From a bacterium (GTDB lineage Bacteria > Hydrothermota > Tepidihabitantia > SM23-42): DNA of 54,992 bases. The position numbers and the translations under genes are program-made. Below are positions 26,516-35,934 of this stretch, one piece after another. The stretch is taken from positions 1 to 54,992 of the forward strand of contig JAOZNQ010000001.1 in the NCBI GenBank assembly GCA_029933705.1, in the 5' to 3' direction. Within the stretch, counting starts at the first letter, position 1. Each line of letters begins with the position of its first letter. The notes under the pieces are model-generated. The model was given only the letters and a program-made list of their open reading frames with translations, was not told where the DNA came from and ran no database searches.

Positions 26516-27890
26516 AAACCTTTCCCAGATTGAGAATCAAATCTTCCCGGAACCATGGACCTATGAGTTGAAACCCGATTCCAGATTTTACCGGTAATGC
26601 GAGGGCTGGTAGCCCAGCCAATGACGGCGGAACTGTAAAGGTGTCGCAGTGATACATCTTTAATGGTTCATCAATATAGGTGCCGATAGGAAACGGCTTT
26701 AGCGGAGCGACCGGGGTGAGAATCACATCAACATATTTGAATGCATTTAAAAATTCATCGCGAATAATATTACGCACCTTCTGGGCTACATTGTAATATC
26801 GTTCATAGTAGCCACGGGAGAGCACAAAGGTGCCGATGATAATACGTCTTTTTACCTCAGACCCGAAGCCGATGCTCCTCGTCTTTATATAGGTCTCGCC
26901 GTTTTCAATCCTTAAACCGTATCTCACTCCATCATAACGGGCGAGATTTGATGAGGCCTCGGCCGGTGCAATCAGATAGTAACTTGCCAGGGCATATCTT
27001 GTATGGGGCAGGGAGATCCGGACGAATTCTTTTATCTCCGGGGTTAAGACTTTTATAACATAATCGATCGCTTCTTTAATTTCTGTGTCCAGATCATCAC
27101 CAAAATATTCTTCAGGGAGACCGATACGATAGTCCTTGACCCGAATTGGGGATTTATTCATCGGGGATTTCTCGACCGAGGTGGAGTCGTTGGGGTCGAA
27201 ACCACCGATTGCCTGTAGCATTATCTCGGCATCCAGGGTATCACGGGTGATAGGGCCGATCTGGTCCAGAGATGATGCATAGGCAACAAGACCATATCTG
27301 GATACAAGGCCATAGGTGGGTCTCAATCCCACAACGCCGCAGAATGAAGCAGGTAGCCGAATTGAACCGCCAGTATCTGAACCCAGGGATGCGCAGGCCC
27401 CACCGTAGGCCACGACCGCAGCCGCCCCACCGCTTGAACCGCCTGCAACAAGCTTTGTATCAAAGGGATTATGAACCGGTCCAAAGACCGAAGTCTCATT
27501 TGATGAACCCATTGCAAATTCATCAAGGTTTGTCTTACCCAGGATGATTGCTCCCTGGGCTTCAAGTCGCTGGATGACTGTGGCTGAATAAGGTGAAATG
27601 AAATTCTGTAGCATTCTTGAACCGCAGGTAAGTGGTTTGTCTTTGATTGCAATGTTATCCTTGACCGCAATCGGGATACCATATAATGGAGGAATACTAC
27701 TATCAATTTTTTTGTCGAGTAACCCTGCCCGTTCAAGTGCCTCGTCCGGATAGAAGGATGTGTATCCATTAATCTCTTTATCTTTTTTTTCTATTTTTTC
27801 GATTACTGCGCTGACCGTTTCGTAGACAGTTATTTTCTTTTCACGCAGAAGTTTATGAATTTTATGAACTGGTAACAGGGTTAAATCCAA
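26490..27890 (-). CDS. gatA: Asp-tRNA(Asn)/Glu-tRNA(Gln) amidotransferase subunit A
   Basis: Amidase signature GGSSGGAAAVVA...GSDTGGSIRLPASFCG. TTG start at 27890, 2 nt after the gatC stop. Confidence 0.95.
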   Translation of the reverse strand: MDLTLLPVHKIHKLLREKKITVYETVSAVIEKIEKKDKEINGYTSFYPDEALERAGLLDKKIDSSIPPLYGIPIAVKDNIAIKDKPLTCGSRMLQNFISPYSATVIQRLEAQGAIILGKTNLDEFAMGSSNETSVFGPVHNPFDTKLVAGGSSGGAAAVVAYGGACASLGSDTGGSIRLPASFCGVVGLRPTYGLVSRYGLVAYASSLDQIGPITRDTLDAEIMLQAIGGFDPNDSTSVEKSPMNKSPIRVKDYRIGLPEEYFGDDLDTEIKEAIDYVIKVLTPEIKEFVRISLPHTRYALASYYLIAPAEASSNLARYDGVRYGLRIENGETYIKTRSIGFGSEVKRRIIIGTFVLSRGYYERYYNVAQKVRNIIRDEFLNAFKYVDVILTPVAPLKPFPIGTYIDEPLKMYHCDTFTVPPSLAGLPALALPVKSGIGFQLIGPWFREDLILNLGKVYESSTRRL

Positions 27891-27892
27891 AG

Positions 27893-28159
27893 TCAGAAGG
27901 TGATAAAATTTTTATGAATTTTTGGAACAAAGTTTTTCAGCCTTATATGGAAGCGAACAGCTTTATCCGTCCTCAATTTTTTTATATCAATCGAGTTTAA
28001 TTTCTGTAAGTCGATTTTTTCGGTATCGATGGACTGGAGCTGTTCAAATGTCTTTATGATTTCTATAAGCTGTTGGATAAATTTTTCTGAAGGTGGTGCT
28101 AATCGGGATAAATCTGCAATTTCTTCAATCGTTTTTCTGCTCAGGCTATTTCTGGACAT
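27893..28159 (-). CDS. gatC: Asp-tRNA(Asn)/Glu-tRNA(Gln) amidotransferase subunit C
   Basis: 88 aa. Position immediately upstream of gatA-gatB. IEEIADLSRL...LQSIDT pattern. Confidence 0.75.
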   Translation of the reverse strand: MSRNSLSRKTIEEIADLSRLAPPSEKFIQQLIEIIKTFEQLQSIDTEKIDLQKLNSIDIKKLRTDKAVRFHIRLKNFVPKIHKNFITF

Positions 28160-28177
28160 CAGTATAATAGATGTTTT

Positions 28178-29188
28178 TTAGAAGCGATATGAGAATGAGA
28201 ATTTACGGTTTGTTGTTTCAAATTCATAGATTGCCTGGTCAATTCCAACATCTATAGAAAAACCACCAGCCTTAATTCCACCCCCAAAGGTGAAACCGAT
28301 CCTGGCTCCTTCGGTATCGCGGAAATAACCACCGCGCAGACAGATAAAGTTGTAATACTCTACTTCTAAACCAACCGCCTTCCATGCTGTCTGGAATTCG
28401 TATCTTAAATTTTCAAAGAAAGTACTATCTTCACTGGCAAACATTCCAACCAGAATCTTAGTGACATCTGTAGTCATACATACCCGTAATATCCGTGAAT
28501 TTATCGGTTCAAGTTTCATCCCCAATCTCAGGGTATAGGGCAGGGGATCCGAGGAGCCACTCTCGGTATAACTGATATTGGGTCCGAAATTCTGCAGGGC
28601 AAGGGCGAGGGATATGAAGCTATAGGGTTTATAGAGCAGGCCTCCATCAAATGCCCAGGTGATACCGGTGCCGCCCTTTTCGATTCCCAGACCCGGCATC
28701 CTTTTGAATACCCAATCCGGGACAAGAAATGAGTAGATGAATTTCCAGCCTATACCCATACCCAGCTGGTTAGTCAATTTGAATCCGTAGTTTAGCCCGG
28801 TCGCAATATCAAAGGTGATATATTCTCCGATGTATTGCCCGGTTTCGTCGATCACCTCGGTGGTGCCGGTGGTGAGATAGATGATGTCGAGCCCTAAGGC
28901 GCCCATCTTCATCGGTTTCACCACACCTGCATATTCATAGTACATACCGGAGTGGAGTGCAGGCAACCAGTTTGCATGCTGAAGCGTAACGATGGTCTGG
29001 TCGAGAAAGGCCAGACCCGCCTGATTATAGTAACAGGCAGTTGCGTCATCCGCAATTGAAGAAAATGCTCCACTCAGTGCGGTTGCCCTGGCTCCGGGCC
29101 AGATCAGCAAAAATACTGCTCCGGGTCGACGACCTGCACCTCCGAGTAGCCCGCAGAACAGGCTAAGAATTAAAAAAACCTTGCGCAT
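28178..29188 (-). CDS. PorV/PorQ-family-like outer-membrane beta-barrel (T9SS-associated)
   Basis: Signal peptide MRKVFLILSLFCGLLGG. GARATALSGAFSSIADDATACYYNQAGLAFL resembles the PorV/PorQ N-terminal signature. Alternating beta-strand pattern ending in ...KFSFSYRF (terminal aromatic residue). The start is taken as ATG 29188, behind GGAGG. Confidence 0.6.
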   Translation of the reverse strand: MRKVFLILSLFCGLLGGAGRRPGAVFLLIWPGARATALSGAFSSIADDATACYYNQAGLAFLDQTIVTLQHANWLPALHSGMYYEYAGVVKPMKMGALGLDIIYLTTGTTEVIDETGQYIGEYITFDIATGLNYGFKLTNQLGMGIGWKFIYSFLVPDWVFKRMPGLGIEKGGTGITWAFDGGLLYKPYSFISLALALQNFGPNISYTESGSSDPLPYTLRLGMKLEPINSRILRVCMTTDVTKILVGMFASEDSTFFENLRYEFQTAWKAVGLEVEYYNFICLRGGYFRDTEGARIGFTFGGGIKAGGFSIDVGIDQAIYEFETTNRKFSFSYRF

Positions 29189-29206
29189 CAAAAACCTCCA
29201 CATTTT

Positions 29207-29234
29207 AGTATAATAAAAATATGGTAAATGTCAA
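29207..29234 (-). promoter_or_regulatory. Sigma70-type promoter for the PorV-like gene and downstream gatCAB
   Basis: Minus strand reads TTGACA (29234-29229), a 16-nt spacer, TATACT (29212-29207). ATG 29203 lies 3 nt downstream. ATG 29188, with GGAGG, lies 18 nt downstream. Confidence 0.65.
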
Positions 29235-29256
29235 GGGGAATACATATTTGATAAAG

Positions 29257-30474
29257 TTACCTTCCTTCGTTCTCCTTTGCACGCTGAAGATACTCATTTG
29301 ATTTGGCATCATTGCCGAGCTGGGCATAAAGATAAGCCAGATTAGTCAAGACTTCCACACGGTTTGGGTCCACTGGCAACATCCTGTTCTCATAGATTTC
29401 AATAGCCCGTTTATAGAAACCGAGTTGTGTATAGCAGACTGCAAGATAAAACCAGGCATCCTGGTCATCCGGATTTATCTTCGTAAGCTCTTCTAAGTAT
29501 TCCCGTGCTTTCTGATATTCCTTAAATTTGATGAGTATCTCCGAAGCGAAGAAGAGTGCATCAATGTCATCGGGTTTGAATCGTAAACAATTTTCTAAAT
29601 TTTGCAGGGCGGTGCTGTTTTCTTTCAAGTTATAATACAACATCCCTATGTAGTAATAGGTGTGGGCAAGATCAGTTGCTGCCCTGGATAGTCCAAGCAT
29701 AACCTCATTGTGTGCTGCCAATCCATCTGTAAGTTTCAACTCTTTTTTAAACAACTCGTCCAATTCCTGGAGCTGTTTATTGAACCATAATCTTAATACC
29801 TTTCGGGTGAGTTTGTCATCCACATCAATTTTGTTTTGGAATAAGACCTGCAGTGTTCGTTTGTATTTCGGTCTGTAATATTTCATAGCATTGATGAAAT
29901 ATTTTAAACAGCTGTCAAATGCCCCGGCTTCAAATAGTGACTTTCCGATAAGAAAATTTATATCGGGATTCTTGGGGTCCCTGCTTAAAATATCAAGGTA
30001 TTCCCTGTTTGCCTCTTCAATTCGACCGAGTTTAAAGAGGATGGCACCTTTTAGTATGCTACTATTTTTATCGCAATAATCAAAATAAGCAGTATATTTA
30101 ATATCATTCAATGCCTCCTCGTATTTATGCTTTTTAAAGTAATCGAGGGCGGAGAAATAGAATGCCTGATGATAGTATTTTTCGCCTCCGCCTCTTTTCC
30201 TGATCCAGTCAAGGGTGTGCAGGGAATCTTTTGAAAATGCACCTTTCAGTGCCTTGACTGCAGCATGCCAGTTGCTGTATGAAATTTCACAGGCGCTGAG
30301 AATTGCATAAAGCTCAAAATGGGTATCACCCTTTTTAATTCCTTCAAGGCAGGCCTTCTTTGCCCTTTTATAATCCTGTTCATTAAAGAAGGCGATCCTT
30401 GCAGTATTTAGATATACTGAGGCATTCATAAATGTAATACATACGATAGAGAGCAAAATTAATGACCGACGCAT
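29257..30474 (-). CDS. TPR-repeat protein with signal peptide
   Basis: 405 aa. MRRSLILLSIVCITFMNASV, then multiple 34-aa TPR units (e.g. AWFYLAVCYTQLGFYKRAIEIYENRMLPVDPN). SD AAAGGAGG lies upstream. Confidence 0.6.
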   Translation of the reverse strand: MRRSLILLSIVCITFMNASVYLNTARIAFFNEQDYKRAKKACLEGIKKGDTHFELYAILSACEISYSNWHAAVKALKGAFSKDSLHTLDWIRKRGGGEKYYHQAFYFSALDYFKKHKYEEALNDIKYTAYFDYCDKNSSILKGAILFKLGRIEEANREYLDILSRDPKNPDINFLIGKSLFEAGAFDSCLKYFINAMKYYRPKYKRTLQVLFQNKIDVDDKLTRKVLRLWFNKQLQELDELFKKELKLTDGLAAHNEVMLGLSRAATDLAHTYYYIGMLYYNLKENSTALQNLENCLRFKPDDIDALFFASEILIKFKEYQKAREYLEELTKINPDDQDAWFYLAVCYTQLGFYKRAIEIYENRMLPVDPNRVEVLTNLAYLYAQLGNDAKSNEYLQRAKENEGR

Positions 30475-30506
30475 AAAGATCCTCCTTTCAATATTTTAAC
30501 TTTATT

Positions 30507-31811
30507 TTAATAGGTTTCGAGCAATTGAAATTCATTCACTGCATTACGTTCTTTTCCACTCAACATATCCTTCACTCTCAAAACAATCAAATAGGAACCC
30601 GGTTTTAGGTCCATTGGATGGTATTTTGCAGCAAGATAAGCAACCGATGATGGGCCGATATGGTCCTCACTCATTATATCGACAATCTCCTTGCGCATCT
30701 TCTGTTTATTATAGATTTCATATATCGTCTTTATATGGTGCTCACCACCTTCTGTTTTGAGATTATAAACTTCAGTATATAGGTAGAAAGGCCTATGGAT
30801 AGGAAAGATCGAATTCGTCAGTGGAATGACCCTTCCTACCGGTTTTTCAAACTTTTGGTGGGTAAAGGCGTCATCAATAACCATTGCGTAGATGAGATCA
30901 CTGATTTCCTTTGCATCATCCTGATAATCGATTAGATTGACTGTCTCGACTTTTGTCTTTGAACATCCATCTCTCAAATTGGTTATTGTAATCTCCAATC
31001 TATATTTATCAGGCGAGAGCCATAAATTGGTTTCATCAAAGAAGGTTCCTTGTTCAGCTTGCCTCGGTTTCAAAAAGTCGGATTTACTTTGGATCAAACT
31101 GTCATTCAGGTCAAGAACTTTTATTTGACGCCAAAAGATTAACGAGGTAGTATCTTCAAGCATAACTGTAATATAAATCTCCAACCGCGTTAAATTTCTT
31201 CTCTGACGAAATCTCCCAATTGTAACATCAAAATCCATTTTTCCAAAGGATTTCTTCGGGAGTGTGGTGTCGATTCCGATCTCTTCCAAATACGGGATTT
31301 TTAAACCCTCACCAAATTCAGATACGGCAATGAGTTTATATGCCCTCACGAATCTGACAAAGTCGAACATCCTGCCATAATTATCATAGGTCCAGATCTC
31401 AGCGGGTTTAACACTTTCTTTTATCTTAAAGGCAATCTTCTTTTGTGGTATAATCTCTTCCCTGACAGTAGGCGCACCATATTTCACATAAATCGGGATT
31501 CGATCATCACTGAGTGGCGCATATTTACCAAATTTCCGGTATGCATAATCGATTCTTTTCTCAAATTCGCGGCGCGCAGACTGGGGTTTACTCGACCAAA
31601 AATTTTCATAATATCGGGCTCGTTCAGTCGCTGATTCAAGGTTCAGATATTCGATGGCGGCCAATGAATCAAGCCCTCTCAACCCAAGGAATATCTTCTG
31701 CTCTTTCTCAAGAAGTCGATAATAGCGCGATGCAAGGATGTTTGTAACCCTGCATAGGGTTAATACTATGATGGCGAAAAAAAGGAGTAGTTTAAAAGTC
31801 CTGCGGTTCAT
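30507..31811 (-). CDS. GWxTD-like domain protein (paralog 2), secreted or membrane-anchored
   Basis: The start is taken as ATG 31811 (MNRRTFKLLLFFAIIVLTL), which overlaps the upstream stop (TAATG). DDRIPIYVKYGAPTVREEI...PAEIWTY resembles the GWxTD-domain core (..G..Y...G.P......E.W.Y), although the GWxTD tetrad itself is degenerate. Confidence 0.5.
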   Translation of the reverse strand: MNRRTFKLLLFFAIIVLTLCRVTNILASRYYRLLEKEQKIFLGLRGLDSLAAIEYLNLESATERARYYENFWSSKPQSARREFEKRIDYAYRKFGKYAPLSDDRIPIYVKYGAPTVREEIIPQKKIAFKIKESVKPAEIWTYDNYGRMFDFVRFVRAYKLIAVSEFGEGLKIPYLEEIGIDTTLPKKSFGKMDFDVTIGRFRQRRNLTRLEIYITVMLEDTTSLIFWRQIKVLDLNDSLIQSKSDFLKPRQAEQGTFFDETNLWLSPDKYRLEITITNLRDGCSKTKVETVNLIDYQDDAKEISDLIYAMVIDDAFTHQKFEKPVGRVIPLTNSIFPIHRPFYLYTEVYNLKTEGGEHHIKTIYEIYNKQKMRKEIVDIMSEDHIGPSSVAYLAAKYHPMDLKPGSYLIVLRVKDMLSGKERNAVNEFQLLETY

Positions 31812-33088
31812 TAGTCCTCCTGTAATATGTCCTCCTCTTCTTCGGACTTCTGCCTGAAATAGGTTCCTGGAGCAATCCGCGTCAACCAGGGCCACTTTCT
31901 GATATCCTCTGGTTTATAGTAGCCAAGTTCAATTATATGAAAAAGTTCATTTACCCTCAAAACAGCAATCAATTCTGGATCTCCATCATTATGCACATCA
32001 CAGAATAAAACATCTTTCCCCTGAGAATAGTAGTGCCACAATTCCAGTGGTTTTCCCCACCTGTTCATCGGGATATCATCGATACATTCTGGAGGTCCAT
32101 ATTTTATGTAGTATCTTCCGCGCTTGGAATTCCTGCCTTTCATCCGTGTGGTGGAAAATTTTTCATCGGCTTCAAGAAGTCTCTTCACAAACTCCTGGTA
32201 ATCGTGTTCGGTCCAGAATTTTTTCAGATATATCTCTTTCTCCTGTTGACTGAGAACCTTGAATCTTTTGAATTCTTTCTGGCTTACCAGAAATTGTATC
32301 TCAGAACTGAAAGGCATATTCGAGATATCAACTTTTAGAGGTCTAATGGTGAACAGCCTTTTATGCTGAAATCTGCTTGCTGAAACCGAATCGTAAATTT
32401 CAACCAGGAAGGTATATTCTCCTCCGGTAAGGCCGTTAAGGGGTATGGAGGTGGTATCTACAATTTGATACCCACACTTTAAATTTCGTAATTTCCTCTC
32501 GTAGATAAGATTGCCTGAATTACCGATTATCTTATATCGTGAATCATAATACAGACTATCAGCCCGTAATCCATAAATTTCAATATAAGAAAACAATGTG
32601 TCATTCAATTCAAAATTTAAATCGATTACGGGTATAAACGGAAGGCCACGGTAGCTGAAGATTTCCATATTGCATCTCTTGCCAATGATGAGATCACTCG
32701 TGTATACTTGTCCGGTGTCCGGAATAATTTCAATCTGTCCTTTATACTCTTTCGAAAAGTCCTTGGTATCTATGAGCAGTCGATAATGGAATAATCCGGG
32801 ATAAAGAGAAATCGGAATATAATCCACAAAATGAAAATCTTTCTGAACCGACTTCAGAGGTCTGAAGAGACCTTTGGTGCCGGCAATATGTGCCGAATCG
32901 TTATTTTGGTAATTGTAAATTTCCAACTGGTATTTATATTTCTCAAAAAGAGAATCTGCAATGACCCGGGTATCAGACAAAGAGAATTCTCTTGAACTGA
33001 TATGATACCAGAGCTCAACATAGCTATTATTAAAACGATATACCTCAACATGTTGCTCTGCTATCGACAGCAGGATGGCAAGAAACAT
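31811..33088 (-). CDS. GWxTD-like domain protein (paralog 1)
   Basis: KGRNSKRGRYYIKYGPPECIDDIPMNRWGKPLELWHYY resembles the GWxTD-domain core. The start is moved to ATG 33088 (MFLAILLSIAEQ) because a promoter occupies the track-called extension (to 33172). Confidence 0.5.
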   Translation of the reverse strand: MFLAILLSIAEQHVEVYRFNNSYVELWYHISSREFSLSDTRVIADSLFEKYKYQLEIYNYQNNDSAHIAGTKGLFRPLKSVQKDFHFVDYIPISLYPGLFHYRLLIDTKDFSKEYKGQIEIIPDTGQVYTSDLIIGKRCNMEIFSYRGLPFIPVIDLNFELNDTLFSYIEIYGLRADSLYYDSRYKIIGNSGNLIYERKLRNLKCGYQIVDTTSIPLNGLTGGEYTFLVEIYDSVSASRFQHKRLFTIRPLKVDISNMPFSSEIQFLVSQKEFKRFKVLSQQEKEIYLKKFWTEHDYQEFVKRLLEADEKFSTTRMKGRNSKRGRYYIKYGPPECIDDIPMNRWGKPLELWHYYSQGKDVLFCDVHNDGDPELIAVLRVNELFHIIELGYYKPEDIRKWPWLTRIAPGTYFRQKSEEEEDILQED

Positions 33089-33096
33089 ATGGTAAA

Positions 33097-33124
33097 AGTA
33101 TATATATAATTTACTAAAAATCAA
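33097..33124 (-). promoter_or_regulatory. Sigma70-type promoter for the GWxTD-TPR gene set, leaderless geometry
   Basis: Minus strand reads TTGATT (33124-33119), a 16-nt spacer, TATACT (33102-33097), 8 nt (tttaccat), then ATG at 33088. Confidence 0.6.
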
Positions 33125-33161
33125 TAATGGTAAACAGATCCGATATTCTGAACTTAAGTAT

Positions 33162-33189
33162 TTGACAATCAAAAAATCAGGATTATAAT
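33162..33189 (+). promoter_or_regulatory. Consensus sigma70 promoter for the phosphohexomutase gene, leaderless geometry
   Basis: TTGACA (33162-33167), a 16-nt spacer, TATAAT (33184-33189), 5 nt (cggat), then ATG at 33195. Confidence 0.75.
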
Positions 33190-33194
33190 CGGAT

Positions 33195-34517
33195 ATGCCA
33201 TTAATTTTTGGAGTTTCAGGTTTGAGAGGGGTTGTGGATAAAGGGCTGACTCCGGAAATCGCTCAGGACTATGCTTTGCTCTTTGCACAATTTATGAAGG
33301 TGAAGAGGATCGTTATCGGTCGGGATACCCGGGGTTCTGGACCGGTTCTGAAAAAGGCGGTAATCAGGGGATTGAAGACCGCAGGATGTGAGATAATCGA
33401 CCTGGGTATTGTGCCCACGCCAACGGTTCTCTTTATGGTGCGCAAGATCAGGGCACAGGCGGGTCTGGTTATTACTGCAAGCCATAATCCAGAGAAATGG
33501 AATGGTCTTAAGTTCATCGACAACAAGGGGAATTTCCTCGATGAGAAGCAGTTTAACCAATTCTCAAAATTTATCCAGAAGAATATTGGAATCAGGCATT
33601 ATAAATCTATTCCCGGTGTGGTGCAGAAATATTCAGGTGTCGGTTTTCACATTGAAGGTATAGTTTCAAATCTTGGTTCGGTGCGAAAAGGGATAAAGGT
33701 TGGAATTGATGCAGTGGGTGGTGCGGGTGCCCAGGCCTTGCCCAATCTGCTCAGGACAATGGGTTGCCAGGTTTATCGCTTGAATTGTCGATACAGTCGT
33801 CAGTTTCCCCGGGGACCTGAACCGATTCCCAGAAATATCAAGGATCTCTGCCAGTTAGTAAAATTGAAAAAACTCGATATCGGTTTTGCAGTGGATCCGG
33901 ATTGCGACCGACTTGCGGTAGTTGATGAGGATGGCCATCCAATCGGAGAGGAGTTGAGCCTTGTTCTCGCTACCGACTATATCCTGAGTAGACGAAAGGG
34001 GGTGGTGGTGACCAACCTTTCTACCACCGCCCGAATGGAATACATTACGAAAAAATATGGGTGTCCACTCTATAGAACAAAGGTGGGAGAGGCAAATGTT
34101 GTGGCAAAGATGCGTCGGGTTAATGCAATTATCGGCGGTGAGGGCAATGGCGGTATTATATACCCAAAGATAAACTTTACCCGTGATGCCCTAACCGGTG
34201 CCGCCATAATCCTCAAACTTATTTCTGAGAGAGATAAGAAAATCTCCACAATTGTTGCCGAGTATCCCAGGTATTATATGATAAAAAAGAAGGTGAAACT
34301 TGATCGTCAGGGGTTTGAAAGAAAAGAAAAACTTTTGCTCAGACGGTTTATGGGAAGGGTCAGTCGGGTTGATGGCATTAGGATTAGTGCAAGGGACTAC
34401 TGGTTACATATTCGCCCTTCGAATACCGAACCGGTGATTAGGATTATCGGCGAGGCCAAGATGAAAAGTGTAATCGAGGATGTTATTCTTAAGATTGAGA
34501 TGATTTTGAATAAGTAG
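33195..34517 (+). CDS. Alpha-D-phosphohexomutase (phosphoglucosamine / phosphomanno / phosphoglucomutase family)
   Basis: Phosphoserine loop ITASHNPEKWNGLKF, metal loop GFAVDPDCDR, and sugar loop GGEGNGG. Confidence 0.85.
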   Translation: MPLIFGVSGLRGVVDKGLTPEIAQDYALLFAQFMKVKRIVIGRDTRGSGPVLKKAVIRGLKTAGCEIIDLGIVPTPTVLFMVRKIRAQAGLVITASHNPEKWNGLKFIDNKGNFLDEKQFNQFSKFIQKNIGIRHYKSIPGVVQKYSGVGFHIEGIVSNLGSVRKGIKVGIDAVGGAGAQALPNLLRTMGCQVYRLNCRYSRQFPRGPEPIPRNIKDLCQLVKLKKLDIGFAVDPDCDRLAVVDEDGHPIGEELSLVLATDYILSRRKGVVVTNLSTTARMEYITKKYGCPLYRTKVGEANVVAKMRRVNAIIGGEGNGGIIYPKINFTRDALTGAAIILKLISERDKKISTIVAEYPRYYMIKKKVKLDRQGFERKEKLLLRRFMGRVSRVDGIRISARDYWLHIRPSNTEPVIRIIGEAKMKSVIEDVILKIEMILNK

Positions 34518-34556
34518 CATTTCATAACAACCTTTGCTATTTTCCCGGTCCCGTGG

Positions 34557-34584
34557 TTGACTTTTCATTGTTATTGGATAGAAT
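34557..34584 (+). promoter_or_regulatory. Sigma70-type promoter for purA, leaderless geometry
   Basis: TTGACT (34557-34562), a 16-nt spacer, TAGAAT (34579-34584), 6 nt (ttgagt), then ATG at 34591. Confidence 0.65.
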
Positions 34585-34590
34585 TTGAGT

Positions 34591-35838
34591 ATGAATATTG
34601 CAGTGGTTGGTTTACAATGGGGTGATGAGGGTAAAGGCAAGGTGGTTGATTACCTGGCAAAAGATTTTGATATTGATGTTCGGTTTCAGGGTGGTGCCAA
34701 CGCCGGACATACAGTTCGGGTCGGTGATGAAAAAGTTGTCTTTCATCAAATCCCCTGCGGTGTCTTACATAAGAATATAACCGGTGTTATCGGTGCGGGA
34801 TGTGTGTTTGATCCCTCAATATTTTTTGAAGAATTGTCCACACTTAAAAAATATGATTCCAGGATTGAGGATCGTATCAAGGTCTCGAAATTTTCCCATT
34901 TGGTAATGCCCTACCATATCATTATCGATCGAATAAGGGAAGAGACCAAGCAGGGTATCGGCACGACAAAGAAGGGTATCGGGGTTGCCTATGAGGATAA
35001 GTATGGACGGATCGGCTTGAGGGTGGGTGACCTCTTTGACCCGGAACAGTTTGAGGGGAGATTGAAGCGGAACCTTTCCCGTAAAAATCTACTTCTTATG
35101 GAAATCTATCGAGCCGAACCTCTGTCGGATGATGAAATACTGGAAAGGTTTCGGGAATATGCAGAGCGTTTGAAGCCGATGGTGGTTGATGATACAGAAT
35201 TCCTTGGCAGGGCGATTGCAGAAAAGAAGAGTATAATATTTGAAGGTGCACAAGGCGCACTCCTCGATATCAATTTTGGTACCTATCCCTATGTTACCTC
35301 TTCCCATACCATTGCTGGAGGTGCCAGTATCGGTCTTGGTCTGGGACCGTTGTCCATTGATAAGGTTATCGGGGTGGTGAAGGCCTATACAACCCGGGTC
35401 GGACTGGGTCCGTTTCCATCTGAGGATAAGGACCAACTTGGTGAAGGTCTGAGAAGGGTGGGAAAAGAGTTTGGGGCAACTACGGGCAGACCCCGGCGCT
35501 GCGGTCCGTTCGATGCCGCAGTGGTTCGCTATGCAGCCCGATTGAGTGGAGTAAAAGAGATATTTTTAACCAAGCTTGATGTGCTTTCAGAGCTTGATAA
35601 AATTAAAATCGGCGTGGGTTATGAGAATAGCAAAGAATTTGATCCATTCATTGCTGAGCAACTATGCCCGATTTATGAGGAGCTCCCTGGCTTCAAGAAG
35701 GATATTTCCGGGATCAGAGATTTTAATAATCTGCCCGAGTCGGCAAAGGAGTATGTTAAATTAATCGAACATTATACCGGACTACGGGTGGGTTATATCT
35801 CGGTTGGTCCTGAGCGGAATGCAGTGATTGAAAAGTAA
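34591..35838 (+). CDS. purA: Adenylosuccinate synthetase
   Basis: MNIAVVGLQWGDEGKGK, GTTKKGIG and GATTGRPRRCG. The track start TTG 34585 abuts the -10 box, so ATG 34591 is preferred. Confidence 0.95.
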   Translation: MNIAVVGLQWGDEGKGKVVDYLAKDFDIDVRFQGGANAGHTVRVGDEKVVFHQIPCGVLHKNITGVIGAGCVFDPSIFFEELSTLKKYDSRIEDRIKVSKFSHLVMPYHIIIDRIREETKQGIGTTKKGIGVAYEDKYGRIGLRVGDLFDPEQFEGRLKRNLSRKNLLLMEIYRAEPLSDDEILERFREYAERLKPMVVDDTEFLGRAIAEKKSIIFEGAQGALLDINFGTYPYVTSSHTIAGGASIGLGLGPLSIDKVIGVVKAYTTRVGLGPFPSEDKDQLGEGLRRVGKEFGATTGRPRRCGPFDAAVVRYAARLSGVKEIFLTKLDVLSELDKIKIGVGYENSKEFDPFIAEQLCPIYEELPGFKKDISGIRDFNNLPESAKEYVKLIEHYTGLRVGYISVGPERNAVIEK

Positions 35839-35899
35839 ATTTTTACTTTAATAAAAATAGTATCATACTGATTATCTATGCACCTATTACAATTAACCC

Positions 35900-35927
35900 T
35901 TGATTTTTTTAGAATTATGTATATTAT
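35900..35927 (+). promoter_or_regulatory. Sigma70-type promoter for alr, leaderless geometry
   Basis: TTGATT (35900-35905), a 16-nt spacer, TATTAT (35922-35927), 7 nt, then ATG at 35935. Confidence 0.55.
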
Positions 35928-35934
35928 TATTTTA

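Noticed and set aside
27323-27769. 148-aa minus-strand ORF in an alternative frame of gatA
   Set aside because: It is out of frame with gatA, whose amidase signature is clear, and no independent signals support it.
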